From: Okeania sp.
Lineage (GTDB): Bacteria; Cyanobacteriota; Cyanobacteriia; Cyanobacteriales; Microcoleaceae
Assembly (NCBI RefSeq): GCF_035285525.1
Contig: NZ_JAYKGW010000231.1
Location: 1 to 16,453 of the forward strand
Length of the DNA stretch: 16,453 bases
Reading direction: 5' to 3'
Positions 7,943 through 14,700 of this stretch are shown here, one piece after another. The notes beneath the pieces were generated by a model that was not told the DNA's origin, did no database searches, and worked only from the letters and a program-made list of their open reading frames with translations. The stretch's first letter is position 1; every line of letters starts with the position of its first letter. The position numbers were made by a program, and so were the translations under genes.

Positions 7943-9256
7943 TTAAACCAAAACTTGTTGCCAGTCAAGACGCTCTAATGTTTGAGCGCGTTCCCATGCT
8001 CTTTCAAAACTATCCAACTTGGCATCTATAGTTAGAGGTTCGCCAATTTCACCTTGTACTGCTTCTTGAGTCTTCAAACCATTACCTGTAATATAAGCAA
8101 CAGTAGTTTCTTCAGGGTCAATCTTACCAGCCTCTACTAATTTTTTCAATACAGCAATAGTTGTACCACCTGCTGTTTCAGTAAAGATACCTTCTGTTTC
8201 TGCCAATAACTTAATACCTGCAATAATTTCAGCATCAGTCACAGACTCAATATTACCATTTGTTTTACGAGCTAAGTCTAATGCGTAAATACCATCAGCA
8301 GGGTTGCCTATAGCGATTGACTTAGCAATAGTATTAGGCTTAACTGGAGTAATAAAATCACGACCTTCTTTAAATGCTTGAGCTACTGGAGAACAACCTT
8401 CAGCTTGCGCTCCACTGAAACGAACTGCTTTATCTTCTACTAAACCTACTTTGATGAACTCTTGGAAACCTTTATAAATTTTGGTGTAGAGGGAACCAGA
8501 AGCAATAGGAGCAACTACATGATCTGGTAGTTTCCATCCTAGTTGTTCGGCGACTTCAAAACCGAGAGTTTTGGAACCTTCAGAATAGTAAGGACGAAGG
8601 TTAATATTTACAAAACCCCAACCGTAAGTATTTGCTACTTCGCAACAGAGGCGGTTTACTTGGTCGTAGTTTCCTTTTACTGCCATAACTGTAGGGTTGT
8701 AAATTAGAGTACCCAAAACTTTACCTGCTTCTAAGTCAGCAGGAATAAATACACAACAATCTAATCCTGCTTTGGCAGCGATCGCTGCGGTGGAGTTAGC
8801 TAGGTTGCCTGTACTTGCACAGGATACTGTGGAGAAACCTAGTTCTCTAGCGCGACTGAGGGCAACTGATACTACCCTATCTTTGAAACTGAGGGTCGGC
8901 ATATTTACGGCATCATTTTTAATGTAGAGATTTTTTAGGCCCAAGCGACGAGCTAAACGTTCTGATTTTAATAGGGGGGTCATTCCTGTGCCTACGTCTA
9001 TAACGTTGTCTGTTGTTACTGGTAAAAAGTGACGATAACGCCAGATAGATTTTGGACCTGCTTCTATTGTTGCTCGACTAACTATTTGACTGAGCTTTTC
9101 ATAGTCATATTTTACTTCTAGGGGACCAAAGCATACGTCTTCACATATATGTTTTGCTTCTAATCCGTACTCTTCTCCACATTCTTTACATTTGAGTTTT
9201 TCTATAACTGTGTTTGTTGTTTGGGTTTGGTTGTGAGTTGTTGTAGTCTGGGTCAT
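7943..9256 (-). CDS. thrC: Threonine synthase family enzyme (fold-type II PLP) with an N-terminal Cys-rich zinc-ribbon
   Basis: The PLP-lysine motif PTLSFKDR is present, with the glycine-rich loops ASTGNLANS and ..TGNGLK. The N-terminus CKECGEEY...HICEDVCFGPLEV is typical of the long (about 430-aa) ThrC class. Function could alternatively be a ThrC-like sulfur-carrier-dependent enzyme (see findings). Confidence 0.88.
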   Translation of the reverse strand: MTQTTTTHNQTQTTNTVIEKLKCKECGEEYGLEAKHICEDVCFGPLEVKYDYEKLSQIVSRATIEAGPKSIWRYRHFLPVTTDNVIDVGTGMTPLLKSERLARRLGLKNLYIKNDAVNMPTLSFKDRVVSVALSRARELGFSTVSCASTGNLANSTAAIAAKAGLDCCVFIPADLEAGKVLGTLIYNPTVMAVKGNYDQVNRLCCEVANTYGWGFVNINLRPYYSEGSKTLGFEVAEQLGWKLPDHVVAPIASGSLYTKIYKGFQEFIKVGLVEDKAVRFSGAQAEGCSPVAQAFKEGRDFITPVKPNTIAKSIAIGNPADGIYALDLARKTNGNIESVTDAEIIAGIKLLAETEGIFTETAGGTTIAVLKKLVEAGKIDPEETTVAYITGNGLKTQEAVQGEIGEPLTIDAKLDSFERAWERAQTLERLDWQQVLV

Positions 9257-9304
9257 AATTTTTTTTCTTAGTTTTATTTTTCATATCTCTTTAATTGTTT
9301 TTGG

Positions 9305-9333
9305 ATATTAGCATGGGTAAAAATGCTCGTCAA
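9305..9333 (-). promoter_or_regulatory. Sigma70-type promoter candidate for thrC: TTGACG-N17-TAATAT
   Basis: On the minus strand the -35 TTGACG is at 9333-9328, the spacer is exactly 17 nt (9327-9311), and the -10 TAATAT is at 9310-9305, about 49 nt upstream of the thrC ATG at 9256. Confidence 0.5.
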
Positions 9334-9413
9334 CTATACCCGACAAATAAAGTCGGGATTGATTTTTACATATATTTTTCTATATTAAATGCTACAGATA
9401 ATTTCTATTTTTA

Positions 9414-9534
9414 GGGAACAGGTATGGAGGGAACAGGTATGGAGGGAATAGGGAATAGGTATGGAGGGAATAGTTTAGACTATCTGCTAATTTATATTTT
9501 TAGGTATGGAGGGAATAGTTTAGACTATCTGCTA
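9414..9534. repeat. GGGAACAGGTATGGA / GGGAATAGG oligomer repeats plus a 34-bp direct duplication
   Basis: gggaacaggtatgga occurs twice (9414-9443). taggtatggagggaatagtttagactatctgcta occurs at 9456-9489 and again at 9501-9534. Inverse-orientation relatives are at about 6670-6708 and 10441-10472. Confidence 0.85.
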
Positions 9535-10001
9535 CGGGGAACTTTTCAGCATTGTCAGGGTCAAGACTTTACCAAAAAAATTTGGGTCTAAAGCCTCGTG
9601 TTTGAAAAGGATAAAAAAAAAAGAAAATTCCATATTTCAAGCCTTTTGATTTCCTAGGTTATGCTGGGCAAACAGCTAGAGGTACTGATAAATGATAACT
9701 GAAATGACCATTTTGAGACTACAACACTTTAAAACCAGGAACTTTTTTCTACATAAAAATACGCTTATCTTTATCTGTAAATGGTTTGAGATTTAATCAG
9801 AAAGCCACAATTAATTTTAGATAGTTAGCTCTATTGTTCATTCCTTTTTGTTAAAGGTTTATTCCTTCTTTCCTCTTCCTTCTTCTTTTTGGTATTATTT
9901 GATTTTGATTTGTAAGTGTAGCATTTGATTTTGAAATTTTACTTTTATACTTACTTCTTATTGCTAGATAGGCAATAAATTCTATTTTCTAAAAAAAATA
10001 T

Positions 10002-10280
10002 CTAAATTCTAAATTTGTTGAGGCCACCACTGACTGGAGGAATAAGGACTACTTCATCACGGTCCTTGAGGATGGTTTCTGGTGGGACAAAGTTGAGGTT
10101 GATGCCAAATTTGGTAACATTTCGCCACTTTTCTAATTCGGGGTGCTGGCTAATGATTGTTTCTAGGAGTTGGGATACTTTTGTTCCTTCGCAGAGGGTT
10201 AGTTGGAGTTCGGGAACTTTGTAGGCTTCTTGGTATGCTGCGAATAGTTTGAGGGTGATGGTGATTTGGGTATGGTTCAT
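10002..10280 (-). CDS. moaD: MoaD-like sulfur-carrier protein with a 6-residue extension (LNKFRI) after the Gly-Gly
   Basis: ...DRDEVVLIPPVSGG is the canonical MoaD C-terminus. Here the frame continues CTC AAC AAA TTT AGA ATT TAG. The gene symbol is tentative. Confidence 0.68.
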   Translation of the reverse strand: MNHTQITITLKLFAAYQEAYKVPELQLTLCEGTKVSQLLETIISQHPELEKWRNVTKFGINLNFVPPETILKDRDEVVLIPPVSGGLNKFRI

Positions 10281-10509
10281 TAGTTTAAGGAAGAAGGAAG
10301 AGGGAAGAAGTAATAGGGAAGAACTGGAGACGACAAAGTTCTCCTCAAAAATGATTTATAGCAATTTGCGCACTTAATATTTACAAATTTCAGGAGGTGT
10401 CCAATAGCTAAAAACCTTATATTATAGGCTATTCTTTCTGCCTCCATACCTGTTCCCTGTTGCCTGTTCCCTAAAAGCAGCGCTATACTTTTAAGGCTAA
10501 AAATATTAA

Positions 10510-10643
10510 AGGTATCAATAGTTGAACAAAAAATCATGTGTATGGGCGAATAAGCATCAATAACATTTCTTACTTTAATAATATCAGAGTTTTTGGCTGA
10601 AGGCAACCTTTCTGCGAAAAATCTGGGAGCTTTTCAGGATGAG
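10510..10643. repeat. ~134-bp dispersed direct repeat, copy a (copy b at 10999-11133, about 90% identical)
   Basis: Alignable by eye: atcaatagttgaaYaaaaaatcatgtgtatgggcRaata...caataacatttcttactttaataatatcagagtttttgSctgaaggcaacc..tctgcgaaaaatYtgggagcttttcaggatgag. It contains the small hairpin TTGCC-TGAA-GGCAA. Confidence 0.85.
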
Positions 10644-10775
10644 AAGAGGGGAGTGAAAGAACTTAGAATTTAGAATTGGAGAGTACAAAATTCTCCTAAA
10701 AAAGGATTTACTTTTAAGGCTGAAAGTATTACTGGAAAAGACTTACATTACCTAAATTCTAAATAGAAAGTTTCT

Positions 10776-10915
10776 AGGCCGTGTCATCAATTAAATAAGT
10801 TGACAAAAAGGCTACTCTCTGTTATGTAAAAATGGCGATCGCGATTGAGTAGGTTCAGATACAGGCCACTACTTTTGTTGATCAACCCTCTCAGGTGTAA
10901 TTGATGACACACCCT
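10776..10915. mobile_element. MITE-like ~140-bp insertion with terminal inverted repeats, inside dispersed repeat copy B
   Basis: The perfect 13-bp TIR is GTGTCATCAATTA (10781-10793) / TAATTGATGACAC (10898-10910), extendable to 16 of 18 matches (10776-10793 / 10898-10915). The paralogous copy A (aaagtttct|cacctttagatagctg, about 5342-5367) lacks the insert, so it acts as an empty site. The element has no coding capacity. Confidence 0.65.
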
Positions 10916-10998
10916 AACTTTAAAATAGCTGAAAGCTTTAGCTAGCAATAGTTATTCTTAGAACTTTGCACTGTCGAGTTAAGCAACCTTTAACAAAA

Positions 10999-11133
10999 AG
11001 GAATCAATAGTTGAATAAAAAATCATGTGTATGGGCAAATAACCCTCAATAACATTTCTTACTTTAATAATATCAGAGTTTTTGCCTGAAGGCAACCCCT
11101 TCTGCGAAAAATTTGGGAGCTTTTCAGGATGAG
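10999..11133. repeat. ~134-bp dispersed direct repeat, copy b
   Basis: See copy a. The offset between the copies is about 489 bp. Confidence 0.85.
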
Positions 11134-11185
11134 GAGTGTGGGAGGTGTGGACAGTGTGGGAAGTGTGGGAGGTGTGGGAAGTAGA
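11134..11185. repeat. Short tandem GTGTGGGA(R) oligomer repeat
   Basis: gtgtgggaggtgtggacagtgtgggaagtgtgggaggtgtgggaagt. An inverse relative, cccacacttcccacacttcccc, lies at about 4438-4460. Confidence 0.8.
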
Positions 11186-11228
11186 ATATGTGTTAGAAAG
11201 CAAATTTGTAGTAAACTAACACGCCTAA

Positions 11229-11365
11229 AAATGTAGGTGGGCTGAAACGATAGTGAAACCCAACACGCGCCTTACTTTGTTGGGTTACTCTTGGGGATAA
11301 ACAAGCTACGTTCCATGCTTTGTTTTACTAACGCAACCCTAACCGGAACAACCAAACCTACATTT
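11229..11365. mobile_element. MITE-like or structured 137-bp element closed by a 10-bp inverted repeat, immediately upstream of the TerB-GTPase gene
   Basis: AAATGTAGGT (11229-11238) pairs with ACCTACATTT (11356-11365). An internal 9-bp hairpin AACCCAACA...TGTTGGGTT lies at about 11258-11287. There is no ORF. Confidence 0.5.
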
Positions 11366-11438
11366 ATTACAGTATCTAAGATGAAACAGTCCACTACTTG
11401 TATACCACTACCAATTATTTAGAGGACATTATTAAATT

Positions 11439-13937
11439 ATGAAACAGTCAGAAAATCAAGACCTAGATTACCCATTTCTATTAGTAACTCATATAGTTTG
11501 TGCTGACCAACAAATTCACAGTGAGGAGTCAAAAGCTTTGGATGAGTTGGCAAAACAAAGCCAAGTCGGAACCAGGACTCTTGCAGAGATGGAAAAAATT
11601 CTGGCTCAGGATGAACAACAGTTATCTGTGGCAGAAATTGCATTGCGAGTAGCACCCAAACAAAGAAACGAGACGATGTGGCAAATGTTAAGCATCGCTT
11701 ATGTGGATGGTTTTTGCTCGACATTGGAACGACAAATGGCGCAACAAGTAGCCCAAATTTGGGGTTGGTCTGATGGTGAGTTAGAAAGACAGATAGAGGA
11801 AACTGGTGCTTTTGCTGATACTAGATTTATTGTGGGTGGGAATAAGGAGGAGGTATCTTTGGGAGCGCGGATGTTGAAAAATGCTGATTCTCTTTTGTCA
11901 AAAGCTTTGGTAGATAAGTTGGCAACTTTTAGTAGGAAGCAGCAAAAGGTTGAACAACTAAGGCGGGAAATTTTGTTGTCTGGACTTGAATATGATGAGG
12001 TAATACATCAGTGTGCAGTTATTGCGGAGGAAGATTATTTATTTGGCGAAAGAGCATTGAAATATACAGATAAAGCTTTGCAAAATTTAGGAATAAGTCT
12101 GCAAAAAGCTATTGCAGAAATAAAGGATAAAAGTAGTGAAAAAGGTGCAAATAGTCCTGCTGAAGAAGTGGCAAATCAATTAGAGGGAATTTGCAAGGAA
12201 CTTACTGCTAAAATTATTAAAAAAATTGATGGGGTTAGAGAATCTTTGTGTTCTAAAGAACGAGCTTTAAATCATTTTAGTATTGCTTTTATGGGGAAAA
12301 CTAAGGTTGGAAAAAGTACCCTTCATGCAATTATTACTAATAATGGATGGGATGCTATTGGTGTGGGAAAACAAAGGACTACTCGTTTTAATCGAGTTTA
12401 TGAATGGAAGAATATTCGGGTAATTGATACTCCTGGTATTGGTGCACCTGGAGGTAAAAGTGATGAGGAAATTGCTAAGAGTATTATTGATGAGTCGGAT
12501 GTAATTTGTTATGTGGTGACTAATGATAGTATTCAGGAGAGTGAGTTTAGTTTTTTAGGTTTGCTGAAGCAGAAGGCTAAACCTTTAATTATTTTGTTGA
12601 ATGTTAAATATAATTTGAGAGATAATCGGAGGTTGGAGTATTTTTTAAATAATCCTAATAAGTTGTTTGAAATGAAGGGAAAAAGTGGTATTGGCGGACA
12701 TATTAATCGGATTCGTAGTTATGCTCAAAAATATTATGGTAATGATTATTTTTCGATAGTACCTGTTATGTTATTGGCAGCACAAATTTCTGTTGAAACT
12801 GAGGATAAAAGACGAAAAAATGAGTTGTTTCAGGCTAGTCGAATACAGGATTTTTTAGATTCGTTGAGAGAGTCTTTAATGAAGGATGGAAAAATTAGGA
12901 GATCTCAAACTTTATTGGGTTCGACTGTGGGTGCTATTGAGGATCCTTTGAAGTGGTTAAGATTATTGTCTGAAGTTTATGCTAATTTAGCGCAAGTTCT
13001 GAAAAATAAGCGTGAAGAAATTGAGAAAAAAATTTATAGATCTCGTCAGAATTGTTTGCTTTTTTTGGTGCAAGAAATTAAAATTGTTTTTGAGGATGCT
13101 TTGAATATTATTCCTTCTTTTGCTGAGGATTATTGGGATAAAAATGATAGGGAGTTGAAAGAGGGGTGGCAGACAAAAATTAAGGAAATAGATTTAGAAA
13201 AAAGACTAGAAAGTTGTTATAAGTTGGCTAGTGAAAAGTTTAATAGGGAAGTAACTGAAGTGGTTGAGGAGGTAGGTAGTGAATTACAATTAATTGCTCA
13301 GTCAGAAGCTTTTGATTTGAGTGAACAAGATGCAAGTTTTCTTGACAATAGTTTTGTCAGAATAGCTAGTAGTTTTGTGTTGATAGCTGGAACTATATTT
13401 ACTTTTTTGACTCCGGTAGGTATTTTTGCAGGTTTAACTTTGGGAATTTTTGGTACAGTTTTGACTACGATTAATGGATTGTTTAAGTCTATAGATCAAA
13501 GAAGAACTGAAGCTTTTCAGAAAATATTTGAGTCGTTAAGTAATCAAGTTATTTTTCAAAGGGAAACTACTGTGAAAAAATTTGAGAGTGAGTTTTCTAA
13601 GTCTTGTCAGTTAGTGTCTGAAAATATTGATGATTATTTTGATAATTTAAGTCGGGAGTTAGAGAAAATATCTGAAGAGTCAGAATTAACTAAAAGGAAA
13701 CTTGAATCAGGTGTTAATTATCTAAATCGTGCTTATGCAAAACGTATTATTGATTTGCTTACAGAAAATTATGAACCTCTAGCTGAGGTAAGAATTAATG
13801 AAATAATTGGTAAGGTTAGACGGGAATTTGGGAAAAAGATAATTATTTCTACAAAGACTCAAGTACCAATCAGTAAAACATCTGAAGAAATTAATCTTGT
13901 TATTCAGGAGGATGTGACTATTAAATATATAAAATAG
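11439..13937 (+). CDS. Multidomain P-loop GTPase: N-terminal TerB-like domain, helical region, dynamin-like/LeoBC-like GTPase domain, helical stalk, two-helix hydrophobic membrane hairpin and C-terminal coiled coil
   Basis: The TerB-like double motif is VCADQQIHSEESKALDEL ... IAYVDGFCSTLERQMAQQVAQIWGW (aa ~10-120). G1 is GKTKVGKST (aa 286-294, nt 12294-12320), G3 is DTPG (nt 12426-12437), and G4 is degenerate, NVKYN (nt 12600-12614). The hydrophobic hairpin FVRIASSFVLIAGTIFTFLTP-VGIFAGLTLGIFGTVLTTINGLF covers aa 639-682 (nt 13353-13484). Confidence 0.85.
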   Translation: MKQSENQDLDYPFLLVTHIVCADQQIHSEESKALDELAKQSQVGTRTLAEMEKILAQDEQQLSVAEIALRVAPKQRNETMWQMLSIAYVDGFCSTLERQMAQQVAQIWGWSDGELERQIEETGAFADTRFIVGGNKEEVSLGARMLKNADSLLSKALVDKLATFSRKQQKVEQLRREILLSGLEYDEVIHQCAVIAEEDYLFGERALKYTDKALQNLGISLQKAIAEIKDKSSEKGANSPAEEVANQLEGICKELTAKIIKKIDGVRESLCSKERALNHFSIAFMGKTKVGKSTLHAIITNNGWDAIGVGKQRTTRFNRVYEWKNIRVIDTPGIGAPGGKSDEEIAKSIIDESDVICYVVTNDSIQESEFSFLGLLKQKAKPLIILLNVKYNLRDNRRLEYFLNNPNKLFEMKGKSGIGGHINRIRSYAQKYYGNDYFSIVPVMLLAAQISVETEDKRRKNELFQASRIQDFLDSLRESLMKDGKIRRSQTLLGSTVGAIEDPLKWLRLLSEVYANLAQVLKNKREEIEKKIYRSRQNCLLFLVQEIKIVFEDALNIIPSFAEDYWDKNDRELKEGWQTKIKEIDLEKRLESCYKLASEKFNREVTEVVEEVGSELQLIAQSEAFDLSEQDASFLDNSFVRIASSFVLIAGTIFTFLTPVGIFAGLTLGIFGTVLTTINGLFKSIDQRRTEAFQKIFESLSNQVIFQRETTVKKFESEFSKSCQLVSENIDDYFDNLSRELEKISEESELTKRKLESGVNYLNRAYAKRIIDLLTENYEPLAEVRINEIIGKVRREFGKKIIISTKTQVPISKTSEEINLVIQEDVTIKYIK

Positions 13938-13972
13938 GAAGAAAAATAAATCTTTATCGGAAATATTGTCTG

Positions 13973-14590
13973 TCTGAGAAAGGATTTTTTGAGGAATGAA
14001 AGTAGAGGTTGGAAATGTTAATTTTGGCAAATACTTTCTAACTATTCCTACTTTGACTTTTGGAAAGTAAATATTTCTGAGAAAGGATTTTTTGAGGAAT
14101 GAAAGTAGAGGTTGGAAATGTTAGTTTTGGCAAATATTCTCTCAATATTTCTACTTTGACTTTTGGAAAGTAAATATTTCTGAGAAAGGATTTTTTGACT
14201 AAAGGAGGTTGGAAATGTTAGCTTTGCCAAATATTCTCTCAATATTTCTACTTTGACTTTTGGAAAGTAAATCTTTCTGAGAAAGGATTTTTTGAGGAAT
14301 GAAAGTAGAGGTTGGAAAGGTTAACTTTGGCAAATATTCTCTCAATATTTCTACTTTGACTTTTGCTTTTGGAAAGTATTTTTTCTGGGAAAGGATTTTT
14401 TGACTAAAGGAGGTTGGAAATGTTAGCTTTGCCAAATATTCTCTCAATATTTGTACTTTGACTTTTGGAAAGTAAATCTTTCTGAGAAAGGATTTTTTGA
14501 GGAATGAAAGTAGAGGTTGGAAAGGTTAACTTTGGCAAATATTTTCTCAATATTTCTACTTTTGCTTTTGCTTTTGGAAAGTATTTTTTC
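13973..14590. repeat. Intergenic tandem array of about six ~97-108-bp units in two variants; the last four units form two 205-bp higher-order copies
   Basis: Unit starts (tctgRgaaagg) are at 13973, 14076, 14179, 14276, 14384 and 14481, ending at about 14590. Variant 1 reads ...tttgaggaatgaaagtagaggttggaaa... and variant 2 reads ...tttgactaaaggaggttggaaatg.... Positions 14179-14383 are nearly identical to 14384-14590. Confidence 0.92.
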
Positions 14591-14700
14591 TGGCTTAAAA
14601 ATTTAGATACACCCTGTTTTGGAGACCAAAAACCTACGAAATAACATATATTAATCAGTAAAAAAAATTATAAACTTTATAAAATTGGTGGCAAAAAACA

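Noticed and set aside
9257-10001. Possible riboswitch or leader in the 745-bp region upstream of thrC, or a Moco riboswitch upstream of moaD (10281-10450)
   Set aside because: I could not recognise any known riboswitch consensus. The region is mainly repeats, and the promoter candidate leaves only a ~40-nt leader.
9872-10303. 14-bp inverted polypyrimidine/polypurine blocks (cctcttccttcttc at 9872-9885 and gaagaaggaagagg at 10290-10303) flanking the MoaD-like gene, considered as possible cassette termini
   Set aside because: The sequence is low-complexity and of a kind abundant in these intergenic regions. There is no further TIR extension or target duplication.
10280-11203. ORFs 10280-10606 (108 aa) and 10979-11203 (74 aa, with an SHTSHTSHT tract)
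   Set aside because: Both are read-throughs of the ~134-bp dispersed repeat plus microsatellite DNA. Their shared peptide segment reflects DNA repetition, and about half of the differences change the amino acid. A gene relic or sRNA is not fully excluded (see findings).
13779-14447. Minus-strand ORFs 13779-14030, 14048-14242 and 14199-14447 (repeated ..KLTFPTS..QKILSQ.. peptides)
   Set aside because: They are generated by the tandem array itself, are interrupted by stops every unit or two, overlap each other and the end of the 832-aa gene, and have no start or SD context.
13973-14590. NsiR1-like heterocyst sRNA tandem array
   Set aside because: The tandem organisation is reminiscent, but the units lack the TCCGGA (DIF) motif at a -35-like position and have no hairpin-plus-U-tract terminator per unit. 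I cannot match the sequence to NsiR1 from memory.
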